A DNA stretch of 27,201 nucleotides from a bacterium. GTDB lineage: Bacteria; BMS3Abin14. This document shows positions 1 through 7,838 of the stretch, in pieces. The notes under the pieces are model-generated. The model made no database searches. It was given only the letters and a program-made list of their open reading frames with translations, and was not told where the DNA came from. Where the stretch lies: contig JBGMRC010000002.1 in assembly GCA_048061075.1 (NCBI GenBank), positions 1-27,201 of the forward strand, written 5' to 3'. The position numbers and the translations under genes were made by a program. The number at the start of each line of letters is the position of its first letter. Within the stretch, counting starts at the first letter, position 1.

Positions 1-2
1 AC

Positions 3-797
3 GATCCGGTAGAAGTTCTACACTTTAACCGCAGCCTGGAAGAAGACGCTACCCACTATACCGGACAGAACTGCCTCGACTGCCACGACCACGCCGCAAC
101 AGTGGCCTTTGAACCTTCGGACTGTGACACCTGCCACGGTGACGGCGCCGGGAGCAACTGGCCGCAGACCGTTGCTACAACTGCCTCCATACATCCAGAT
201 CGCGCGGGGGCTCACGACAAGCACGTAACGGCGATAGAAACGGGCAACAGTTCCTGCAGAACCTGCCATCCCGGCAATCCTCCTGTCGGTCATCCGGACC
301 TGATCGCTACCGGTACTTCCCTGGCTGAACTCAGCCAGATGGATACCAACGGCGACAGCGTTGCGGATACCTGGCTTAGCACCTATATAAAGAACAGCAT
401 CGGCGCTACCGATACGGATGCCTATTATAATGTTGTTGCTCAGGCCTGCGGCAGCGTTGACTGTCACTCAGGAAGCACCACGCCTGACTGGTATAGCGGT
501 GGCCCCCTGGATTGCAACTCATGCCATTTGTCCCACCCTGGCACAGGCCAGCATAAAAAACACGCCAACACAAACATGAACTACTCCGAGTGCGACAATT
601 GCCACGGGGACGCCACGTGGTCTCCTTCCGGTAATGCTACGGGCGGCAGTGCCTACACAACCGGTGGTCCTGCAGGCAGCCCCCACAACGATGGTGTAAA
701 GACTCTCTACTTCCCTAATAATAATGCCATCTGGAACAGCCCCAACTGTACCAATGTGGACTGCCACCCCGACCCCGGGTCATACAAATGGTGGTAA
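3..797 (+). CDS. Multiheme c-type cytochrome, Geobacter-type CxxxxCH/CxxCH family (C-terminal part; gene starts upstream of the window)
   Basis: The frame is open from base 3 (DPVEVLHFNRSLEEDATHYTGQNCLDCH...), so the GTG at 102 is not the true start. The visible part has 5 CxxCH motifs (CLDCH, CDTCH, CRTCH, CNSCH, CDNCH) and 2 CX4CH motifs (CGSVDCH, CTNVDCH). Stop is TAA at 795-797. Confidence 0.92.
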   Translation, partial: DPVEVLHFNRSLEEDATHYTGQNCLDCHDHAATVAFEPSDCDTCHGDGAGSNWPQTVATTASIHPDRAGAHDKHVTAIETGNSSCRTCHPGNPPVGHPDLIATGTSLAELSQMDTNGDSVADTWLSTYIKNSIGATDTDAYYNVVAQACGSVDCHSGSTTPDWYSGGPLDCNSCHLSHPGTGQHKKHANTNMNYSECDNCHGDATWSPSGNATGGSAYTTGGPAGSPHNDGVKTLYFPNNNAIWNSPNCTNVDCHPDPGSYKWW

Positions 798-842
798 CTG
801 AGCGTTGCACAGTAAATGTTCGATTATTAGGAGATGGCTATA

Positions 843-3176
843 ATGTCGACCAGGCTGCTTAATAATATCCTGATGATGGTTCTCATCGCGACCCTTCTGA
901 ATGTGACCTCAAGTCACGGTCAAGAGGTGGTCAGGGATGAGTTCGAGAATTCGGGCTCTTCCACACAGCCTGTTCAGGGGATCCAGGGCTGGGGGTTCAC
1001 GCAGCGGACAGACGAGTTCGTCCTCGAGAATCCGGAGCTTGTGGATTACTCGATCAACCTGGGTCCGGCCGGGCAGGGGATCATCTCTTTTGACCTTATG
1101 AAGATCGAAGGGGACTTTTATGATGACCGGACGGTCTTTGCGCTTCTTGACCAGGATGAAGTACCACTCTTTGAAATGGAGATAGCGTGGAGCGCTGTCT
1201 TTGATCCAGATGTCCCAGTTGCAAACTTCAGCGGAAGGGCGTTCTACAGGGAAGGACTCAACATGTGGAGCCCATGGGTTCCACTTGACAATAAGGTCGA
1301 GCCCGGCCAGTGGGTGCACTTCGACATCGTGTGGAATGATGCCGATGAACGCTACTTTCTGTTTGTTGACAACCGTTTACAAAATCCCGGCGGCGACTAC
1401 ATTGACCACCGAACCGGCCAGGTGCAGGCCGATCCCAGGCTGGGAACTATAGCTGAAAGAATAGCCAGAGGGGAGGAGCCAGACTTCTTTGCAGGGAAAT
1501 TTGCGGATATCGCGCGGAGGGTTGCCATACTGCGCCTCGGTATACACACCGTCCCCAGTAATCCCGGTATAGGTACGTCGCCCCTTGCCAATGCTGTTCT
1601 TGACAACTTTTCCATCAGAGTGGGGCAGATGAAATTGATCTCCTCAGTTTCCCATAATGCCTTCTCCGTTGCCGGCTTTTCAGGGAGGCTGGTGGCTGGA
1701 GACACAATAACCGTTATCATGAACGGTGAGCCCGGCGGGCAGGCCACCTTTGATCTGGGTGACGGGATCACCACTGTGTCCATGGCCGAGGACCAGGCTA
1801 AGCCCGGCACCTATAGGGGAACCTACGCGGTAAAACCGGGTGACTATGTGGAATCAGGTACGCTCACTGGCCGCCTTGTAGGCAGACTGGGTCTTCGAGC
1901 TGTTCCGGTTGCCGCTACCAGAACCATCGACATCGACGGCACTACCCATTTTGATGTTAAGGCAAGTAACGACCTGATTCCCGCTGATGAAGAATCAAAG
2001 GCTGGTTTTACCGTAGTAGCGAGAGATGCCAACGATAAACCGGTTCGGGATCATGAACTTCTTCTCACCATGTCCACTACCGATGAGTACACAGGTATTG
2101 TCGGGGGAGGTGCATTTGCAGATATGGTGGGCGGTGAGATGGACGTCGACTGGGGCAGTGTGACTGACTCCTTTGGCGAGGTTTCCGCTCAATATATTTC
2201 CGGTTTCGCTGCCAAGACGGTCCTGGTAAGCGCAAAGGACATGGTTTCCGGCGATGTGGGTGTTGGTTATGTAAGGTCCTTCATTACCGGTACCGTAGAT
2301 GTTCTGGTGAAAAAGCCCCAGGCTGCGGCCCTGAGCCTCTCCGGGTCCATGGAGGTATCGTTGTCCAGGGATTGGCTCACTGCGGATGGTCATAGCCGTT
2401 CGCGCATAACAGCAGTGGTCAGGGACGAATCCGGGGACCTGGTTGCGGGTGAGCGGATCAGGTTCACTCTACTTGGTGATAATGGCTCCATAAAAGAGAT
2501 AAAGTCCCACACCGACTCTCGCGGCCGTGCTTTTGCCGATTACATAGCAGGAACTGTGATAGGTGAGGTTCAAATAGAGGTCCGTGACTTGACCGGCGGG
2601 CATGTAGCTGTGGTCTCCATCGAGCTTCGATCCGACGCTCCTGCAGAGATCGCCCTTACGGCTGAGCCCGGAGAGATATTCACCGATGACAAGACCGGTT
2701 CTGTGATAACCGCGAAGGTAAGTGACGCCAACGGCAACCCCAACTTCAACACTGATGTTCTGTTCGAAGTTGCCTCAGGCGGCGGTACCATGTCGGCGGA
2801 TAGCGCTGTAACAGATGAAAAGGACGGTATTGCCTCTGTTAATTTCCTTCCCGGCAGCGAGCCTGGTCTATCAACGATCAAGGCTACGATCATCAGCCGT
2901 GCCCCGACTGCCGATGAGGTGGCCGCTGCAGAGGGCGCCGTGTTCCTGTTTGGTTTGGATGATGACCCCGGTCGGCTTGAGGTGATTGAATGGCTCGCCG
3001 GGCCCGGTGATGAGGTAAGCGAAGGTCAGGACCTGGTTAAACTGGAAGACAGGCGTGGAACTGTCTATATGGTAAAAGCTCCCAGGGACGGTATTGCCTC
3101 GGTGTTCACGGCAGAGGAAGAGGACAGGGTAGAGTACGGTCAGACCTTGGGATACATTCTGCCTTTGGTAAAATGA
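843..3176 (+). CDS. Secreted multidomain protein: N-terminal LamG/ConA-like beta-sandwich, invasin/intimin-type Big_1 Ig repeats, C-terminal biotinyl/lipoyl-like domain
   Basis: The ORF runs 834-3176, but AGGAG at 829-833 is well spaced for ATG 843. Signal-peptide-like N-terminus (MSTRLLNNILMMVLIATLLNVTSSHG). WVHFDIVWNDADERYFLFVDN resembles LamG. Three Big_1-like units (...IPADEESKAGFTVVARDANDKPV; ...LTADGHSRSRITAVVRDESGDLV; ...IFTDDKTGSVITAKVSDANGNP). The last ~75 aa align by eye to lipoyl domains. Confidence 0.75.
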   Translation: MSTRLLNNILMMVLIATLLNVTSSHGQEVVRDEFENSGSSTQPVQGIQGWGFTQRTDEFVLENPELVDYSINLGPAGQGIISFDLMKIEGDFYDDRTVFALLDQDEVPLFEMEIAWSAVFDPDVPVANFSGRAFYREGLNMWSPWVPLDNKVEPGQWVHFDIVWNDADERYFLFVDNRLQNPGGDYIDHRTGQVQADPRLGTIAERIARGEEPDFFAGKFADIARRVAILRLGIHTVPSNPGIGTSPLANAVLDNFSIRVGQMKLISSVSHNAFSVAGFSGRLVAGDTITVIMNGEPGGQATFDLGDGITTVSMAEDQAKPGTYRGTYAVKPGDYVESGTLTGRLVGRLGLRAVPVAATRTIDIDGTTHFDVKASNDLIPADEESKAGFTVVARDANDKPVRDHELLLTMSTTDEYTGIVGGGAFADMVGGEMDVDWGSVTDSFGEVSAQYISGFAAKTVLVSAKDMVSGDVGVGYVRSFITGTVDVLVKKPQAAALSLSGSMEVSLSRDWLTADGHSRSRITAVVRDESGDLVAGERIRFTLLGDNGSIKEIKSHTDSRGRAFADYIAGTVIGEVQIEVRDLTGGHVAVVSIELRSDAPAEIALTAEPGEIFTDDKTGSVITAKVSDANGNPNFNTDVLFEVASGGGTMSADSAVTDEKDGIASVNFLPGSEPGLSTIKATIISRAPTADEVAAAEGAVFLFGLDDDPGRLEVIEWLAGPGDEVSEGQDLVKLEDRRGTVYMVKAPRDGIASVFTAEEEDRVEYGQTLGYILPLVK

Positions 3177-3177
3177 G

Positions 3178-3212
3178 TTTCAAGTTTCAGGTTTCAAGTT
3201 CCATGTTCCAGG
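3178..3212. repeat. Degenerate 7-bp tandem repeat (5 units)
   Basis: tttcaag tttcagg tttcaag ttccatg ttccagg, directly after the stop at 3176. Confidence 0.85.
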
Positions 3213-3260
3213 TACAACCAACAACAAACAACTGATCTCTCAGGATCGCCCGTCGCACGA

Positions 3261-3303
3261 CCGGTTCTACTCCGATTCTCCGGTTCGCCGTTTCCCCGGT
3301 TCA
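3261..3303. repeat. Degenerate 8-bp tandem repeat (5 units)
   Basis: ccggttct (act) ccgattct ccggttcg ccgtttcc ccggttca. Confidence 0.8.
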
Positions 3304-3335
3304 TTCATAAAATCGCGCCAGAGCTTCAGTCTCGG

Positions 3336-3382
3336 GACCCAAGACCCAGGGCCCAGGTGTTGGTCCAAGATCCAAGATCAAC
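3336..3382. repeat. Degenerate 7-bp tandem repeat (GACCCAR/GATCCAA units)
   Basis: gacccaa gacccag ggcccag ... ggtccaa gatccaa gatcaac. The 13-mer ggacccaagaccc (3335-3347) recurs as a reverse complement at 14941-14953. Confidence 0.8.
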
Positions 3383-3434
3383 TAACCGCTACACCAAATA
3401 ACCCAATCTTGCGTCATTTGCCCCAAAATACCTT

Positions 3435-3449
3435 TTCACAAATTGTGAA
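3435..3449. promoter_or_regulatory. Palindromic candidate operator upstream of the beta-barrel gene
   Basis: TTCACA-aat-TGTGAA in the AT-rich region upstream of 3627. The cognate regulator is unknown. Confidence 0.3.
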
Positions 3450-3626
3450 TAAAAACTCAAAACTAGCAGAATCCGCCAAATTATAGTAACTTACCGTGGT
3501 CTTGTTTTATATTTCTCAAGGTATGGGCATTGCACTGTCAGTTGATTGGCCGGCCCCATGTTTTTTGTCTGATGCTGTTGCAATCTAGTAACTCAAAGCA
3601 TTTTATACGGAAGGGAGTTCCTGAAT

Positions 3627-5432
3627 TTGAGGGTGGGAAGACAGTCTCTGAGCGTTCCGGTACGGGTGTTCGGATGTCTTATTTTCTCGATTCTGTTTCT
3701 CCCAGGTATCCTCCTGGCCGGAGTGCCGGGGTTTTCTATAGATAACTCCTATGAGCGGGAACAGGAATTTGTGGTCGATGACTGGGTTGTTACGGAGACT
3801 TTTGGCCAGGATTACACCTTTGACTGGGACGAGACCTTCAGTGACAGACTGGATGTGAATCTGGAGTTTAGGCTTACTATAGAAGATATTTTCAAATCCA
3901 ACGATGTGGATACCAAGGAAGTGACTCCCTCACTGGAACTGGACCTTTCAAGCATCATCTGGGATTTGGGATTCAGCGCCGAGGATACTATCGAATATAC
4001 GAACGAGTTTAACAAGGAACGAAAGGACGCTTTAGAGTTTAGCGCTGAATTGGACCTAGCTCCAGACTATTTACCCACCTTCAATGCAACATTACAGAAG
4101 CTTATCAACGAGCAGCAGAATCTGGAAGATACGAATGAGGAGAAAATAGACCTTATCACGACGTATGGATTCGGTGAGGTTATCACTCTGGATGCTTCCT
4201 ACAAAAGGGAGAAGCTGGATGACCGGCTGCTTAATAACAGCGACAAAGATCTCACGAGATGGGACTTTACGACGTCCTTTAACCAGCCCATGGCCCCCTC
4301 TTTGAAACTTAACATCGATACAACCCTGGAAGGAGAGACGGAAGATACTCTCAACAACTCAGGCCAGGTTATCCTTTCTGAGCGGTCCAGGACTCTGGAA
4401 AACAGGGCCAGGCTTACTCTAGAAACGTGGCCAAACATCAGTTCTGATCTTGAAATAACCGATGAACGGGAGTTGGTGGACGATACCGATACGATTAAAG
4501 TTGATTTCGATTTCAAGATCAGCCAGGAATTTCTTCCTATTGGAATCCTCACGGAAAGATTGGAGTTCGGAAGGGAAAGAGTAAAGAGCCCCATACCGCA
4601 GGATGATGTGAGAGACCTTGATATCGGGTTTACACTGGAATTCGCGGGCAACCCTTCAGATTATCTGGACTACTCGGTGAAACAGAGTCTTGATCTTACC
4701 GACTCGGAATTCGCCGATACTACAAAAAATACCGATACCAGGCAGCGGGATTTTGATCTTAGCATCACTATCACTCCTGCCAAAGACCTGAGCCTTGATC
4801 TTGCGTACAACAGGTCTACTGTGTACACAACAGGATCTGTTACAAGTGAGAGCAGGAGTTATAAAATTGAGCTGACCTACGAGGGGGAAGCCTTCGATTT
4901 TCCCAACCTCACCTTCAATCCTTCGGTGGAATTCTCGACGGATAACGACAGGGTCACCAACGAGACAACAGATAAACAGACCATCGACCTGGAGTTTACA
5001 TACACCTTCAATTTGCCCAAGGTCTTTGTTCTGGTGCTCGAACCGGGATATACTTTTGAGCGAACAGATGGGGTAACAGAAAATGTGGACCTCAAACTGG
5101 CATACGAAATGGCGTTTATCCTTCAACACGCCGACTGGGAGTTCTCAATTGAGAACGACGGAGAATATACGAATAACTTTGGGGCAGATGATGATTATAA
5201 CAACGACATCAGTGTCCAGATATCAGTTGGTCTTCTGGGCAATATACAGTTTGATGTGGAATACCAGTATCAGACCTCTGACGATAGTGATAACGAAGAC
5301 ACCCTTGAAGCCTCCGTGGACATGGAATTCGACAACGCGACTTTAAGTGTGTCCTACGAAAACGACAGGGCCTTCTCAACAGAGAAGGATGTGGTGAGGA
5401 CCTGGGAAGTTGAGTTCTTAATGGAATTCTAA
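3627..5432 (+). CDS. Large acidic outer-membrane beta-barrel protein (candidate porin of a porin-cytochrome conduit or export channel)
   Basis: TTG start with AAGGGAG at 3611-3617. Signal peptide (…FGCLIFSILFLPGILLA). Repeated amphipathic strands with alternating hydrophobic residues (e.g. LNLEFRLTIED, FSAELDL, YKIELTYE). Very D/E/T-rich. Ends ...RTWEVEFLMEF with a terminal Phe typical of BAM substrates. Confidence 0.75.
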   Translation: MRVGRQSLSVPVRVFGCLIFSILFLPGILLAGVPGFSIDNSYEREQEFVVDDWVVTETFGQDYTFDWDETFSDRLDVNLEFRLTIEDIFKSNDVDTKEVTPSLELDLSSIIWDLGFSAEDTIEYTNEFNKERKDALEFSAELDLAPDYLPTFNATLQKLINEQQNLEDTNEEKIDLITTYGFGEVITLDASYKREKLDDRLLNNSDKDLTRWDFTTSFNQPMAPSLKLNIDTTLEGETEDTLNNSGQVILSERSRTLENRARLTLETWPNISSDLEITDERELVDDTDTIKVDFDFKISQEFLPIGILTERLEFGRERVKSPIPQDDVRDLDIGFTLEFAGNPSDYLDYSVKQSLDLTDSEFADTTKNTDTRQRDFDLSITITPAKDLSLDLAYNRSTVYTTGSVTSESRSYKIELTYEGEAFDFPNLTFNPSVEFSTDNDRVTNETTDKQTIDLEFTYTFNLPKVFVLVLEPGYTFERTDGVTENVDLKLAYEMAFILQHADWEFSIENDGEYTNNFGADDDYNNDISVQISVGLLGNIQFDVEYQYQTSDDSDNEDTLEASVDMEFDNATLSVSYENDRAFSTEKDVVRTWEVEFLMEF

Positions 5433-5464
5433 ACGGATGAGTTTACTCGGAGAGTGAAAACTGA

Positions 5465-5484
5465 GACAGATAGATATATCTGTC
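5465..5484. other. Short perfect inverted repeat after the beta-barrel gene (hairpin or operator)
   Basis: gacagata-gata-tatctgtc: 8-bp stem, 4-nt loop, no U-tract. Confidence 0.45.
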
Positions 5485-5532
5485 AGGAAGAGTTGGGCCG
5501 AGCACGGAATTTTGTTGTGAAATCAGGTAAAA

Positions 5533-5548
5533 TGGCTCATTTTTTGCG
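5533..5548 (+). promoter_or_regulatory. Candidate sigma54 (-24/-12) promoter for the lipoprotein-NHL-TlpA-decaheme genes
   Basis: TGGCTCATTTTTTGCG: GG and GC separated by exactly 10 nt, with TTGC at -12, about 80 nt upstream of ATG 5626. Confidence 0.45.
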
Positions 5549-5625
5549 TTACGTCGGACAATTTAGTGAAGTGGCATTATTGCAGAATAAATGGTAGTGA
5601 TACTTCATCGTTCAAGGAGGACAAA

Positions 5626-6336
5626 ATGTTAAGAAGAGTCGCCCGGAAATCTGTTTTGAGCATTGCCGTATTTCTTGCCTTCGCTCTTGCCGGCTGCTCC
5701 GGTTCACCGTCAGTGAAGTCGATCAGCAAGCCGTCGGAGAGCAAGAGGCAATACCTTGGACTGAAGAAAGTAGCTATCCTGCCCTTTACTAATCTGGGCG
5801 GTGATAAAGGGGCCGAAGACCAGGCTGTGGATATCGTAAAGTTAGAGCTTAACTTGTTGGGTACTTTCCCGGAGGTAGAGAACCCTCTGTATGTAGCGGA
5901 TGTCTTCAAATCCCTGAAGATCAGGAAGCTTGACACGCTGGACCCGGAGACAGTCAAAAAACTGGGCTCGGAGATGGGGGTACAGGCGCTTCTTCTCGGT
6001 GATATCAATGCCTGGGGACTTGGGGAGGGCAGTGAAGCTGCCATGCACGTTTCCCTGACTCTAACACTTATCGACACTACTACAGGAAAGCTGCTCTGGG
6101 TCGGGAGCGGCTCACAGAGGGCAAGTTTCACCTGGGGCAGGGTTTTCGGTCTGAATGAAGGTCCCACCGATCTGGAGATCGGAAGAAAGGTAGTATCATC
6201 CCTGCTCAAGTCCATGTCCAAGGAGATCAAGCGAAGACGGGAAGCCGAAATGGTCAGAATAAAGGCGGAGGAGGCGGCAAAACTCAAGGCTGCCGCTGAA
6301 GCTGAGAAAAAGCGGCTGGAAGAACAGAAGAAATAG
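5626..6336 (+). CDS. Outer-membrane lipoprotein, PelC/GNA1162/CsgG-like alpha/beta fold, with a charged C-terminal coiled coil
   Basis: AGGAGG at 5615-5620 supports ATG 5626 (the ORF track starts at 5566). Lipobox LAGC. Motifs KVAILPFTN...LG..MGVQALLLGDI..W and VSLTLTLIDTTTGKLLWVGSG are typical of this fold. Tail EAAKLKAAAEAEKKRLEEQKK. Confidence 0.75.
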   Translation: MLRRVARKSVLSIAVFLAFALAGCSGSPSVKSISKPSESKRQYLGLKKVAILPFTNLGGDKGAEDQAVDIVKLELNLLGTFPEVENPLYVADVFKSLKIRKLDTLDPETVKKLGSEMGVQALLLGDINAWGLGEGSEAAMHVSLTLTLIDTTTGKLLWVGSGSQRASFTWGRVFGLNEGPTDLEIGRKVVSSLLKSMSKEIKRRREAEMVRIKAEEAAKLKAAAEAEKKRLEEQKK

Positions 6337-6345
6337 GAAAGAAAA

Positions 6346-7377
6346 ATGCCTTCGCATCGATTCTGCAGCATAGACCCCGCCTGGGCGGCCGGGTATCGTG
6401 GGTTTTTCAACTGGAGGACTTTCTCATTCCTGATTATCACGTTTTTTGTGATCGTTACAGCCTTGTTCCCTGGATCATACGCAACAGCCGACGGCGAAAT
6501 TGTCCTGCGTAATGACGCGGTTCCACTTTCCAGTGACCTCATAGTGGGACGTTTCGGAGTCGGCAAACTTTATTTTGATGATCCTTCCGATCTGGACACC
6601 GATGAAGAGGAGAATGTCTATATCCTGGATTCGGGAAATTACCGTATCCAGGTTATGGATGAGGATGGGGATTTCCTCAAGGAATGGGGTGGACGAGGCC
6701 TTGATGATGGCGAGTTCAGAGAGCCTGTGGCCCTGTCTCTGGATTCAGACAACGAATTTGTCTATATTCTGGACAAAGAGAGGTATCTTGTCCAGAAATT
6801 CGATCTGGATGGCAATTTTATCCTCTCTTTCGGGAAGAGAGGTATTAGAAAAGGCAGGTTCGATGATCCGGTTGACCTGACTATAGATTTTCAGGGTTAC
6901 ATCTATGTACTTGACCGTGACAGAGGCGCCATCATCAAGTTTCATTCCAGCGGCGCTTTTGTAGATGAATGGGGTGACATAGGCAGGAAGAGGGATGAGT
7001 TTTCCGATCCGGTTTCCCTTACTTTTTCCGATGTGCGTCTCGGCAGCATATATGTTCTGGACATTGGCAGAAAGGCGATCCTCAAGTTCGACAGGAAGGG
7101 AGACTACGAGGAAACAATACCACTGCTTCCTGAAGAGATTGCCGATGGAAATCCCGTTAAAATACGCTCAGACGACAGTGGAAACCTTTTTATCCTTGAA
7201 TCGAAACAGGGTAAACTGCTGAAATTAAAGGGATTCACATATAGTGTCTTCAGCCTTGTCAGTGAGAAGAACAGAATGGGAAAACCCAGTGGCCTGACCG
7301 TGGATGAAGAGGGTCGCGTCTACATCACTGACCTGGCCAAAAATAAAATAGTCAGGTACAGGATGGAACTGGAATGA
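6346..7377 (+). CDS. NHL-repeat six-bladed beta-propeller protein, exported or membrane-anchored
   Basis: Six NHL-like repeats (FDDPSDLDTDEEENVYILD, FREPVALSLD..VYILD, FDDPVDLTID..IYVLD, FSDPVSLTFS..IYVLD, GNPVKIRSDDSGNLFILE, KPSGLTVDEEGRVYITD). Hydrophobic N-terminal segment. Confidence 0.9.
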   Translation: MPSHRFCSIDPAWAAGYRGFFNWRTFSFLIITFFVIVTALFPGSYATADGEIVLRNDAVPLSSDLIVGRFGVGKLYFDDPSDLDTDEEENVYILDSGNYRIQVMDEDGDFLKEWGGRGLDDGEFREPVALSLDSDNEFVYILDKERYLVQKFDLDGNFILSFGKRGIRKGRFDDPVDLTIDFQGYIYVLDRDRGAIIKFHSSGAFVDEWGDIGRKRDEFSDPVSLTFSDVRLGSIYVLDIGRKAILKFDRKGDYEETIPLLPEEIADGNPVKIRSDDSGNLFILESKQGKLLKLKGFTYSVFSLVSEKNRMGKPSGLTVDEEGRVYITDLAKNKIVRYRMELE

Positions 7378-7814
7378 GAGAGGGTGTTTTGATGTTCCGT
7401 GTAACCAGACTACTTGTGTATTTTCTTCTGACAGTCGTAGTTACTTTTCTCACGGTGTTTGCGACAAGTTCCCTTTCCGCGGATGAAAGTGATCAGGAAA
7501 TGACACCCATCCCCATGATCAGTGGACTAGAGATGCTGAAAAAAGGGGATAAGGGACTTCAGGTGGTGGGTATTGCCATCGACGGTTCACCCATGAAAGG
7601 CGCCATCGAGGCCTTCATGAAGCAGGAGAACTTCACATTTACAGTTCTTATAGATCAACTTAATCCGGACGAGTCCTTCAAGGTTTCCGATCCATATAGA
7701 GTTGCGGGGACGCCCACCCTGTACATCATAGACAGTGAGTGGATCGTAAAGTTCGCCAACGTGGGCAGGACAACCAGGGAGAAGCTGGTAGAAGCTCTCA
7801 ACAGTATTCTCTAA
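7374..7814 (+). CDS. TlpA/redoxin-like thioredoxin-fold protein lacking the N-terminal strands and the CxxC active site (possibly an internally deleted gene)
   Basis: The C-terminal half is TlpA-like (DKGLQVVGIAID..., YRVAGTPTLYIID with cis-Pro, G.TTREKLVEAL). It has an N-terminal signal/TM segment and no cysteine in the whole ORF. The start may be ATG 7392. Confidence 0.75.
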   Translation: MREGVLMFRVTRLLVYFLLTVVVTFLTVFATSSLSADESDQEMTPIPMISGLEMLKKGDKGLQVVGIAIDGSPMKGAIEAFMKQENFTFTVLIDQLNPDESFKVSDPYRVAGTPTLYIIDSEWIVKFANVGRTTREKLVEALNSIL

Positions 7815-7838
7815 GAAAAAGCGGCTTCTGGTCCGATA

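Noticed and set aside
3178-3382. Repeat tracts as a CRISPR array
   Set aside because: Units are 7-8 bp with no unique spacers, and no cas genes are present.
3435-3449. TTCACA-N3-TGTGAA as a Rex or CRP site
   Set aside because: The half-sites are in the opposite order to Rex (TTGTGAA-N4-TTCACAA) and CRP (TGTGA-N6-TCACA). Kept only as an unassigned palindrome.
5568-5585. TGGCATTATTGCA as a sigma54 promoter
   Set aside because: GG-to-GC spacing is 7 nt rather than the obligatory 10.
5577-6566. 329-aa minus-strand ORF, and the many other antisense/alternate-frame ORFs in the track
   Set aside because: They are shadows of well-supported + strand genes, with Ser/Pro/Arg-rich composition and no motifs.
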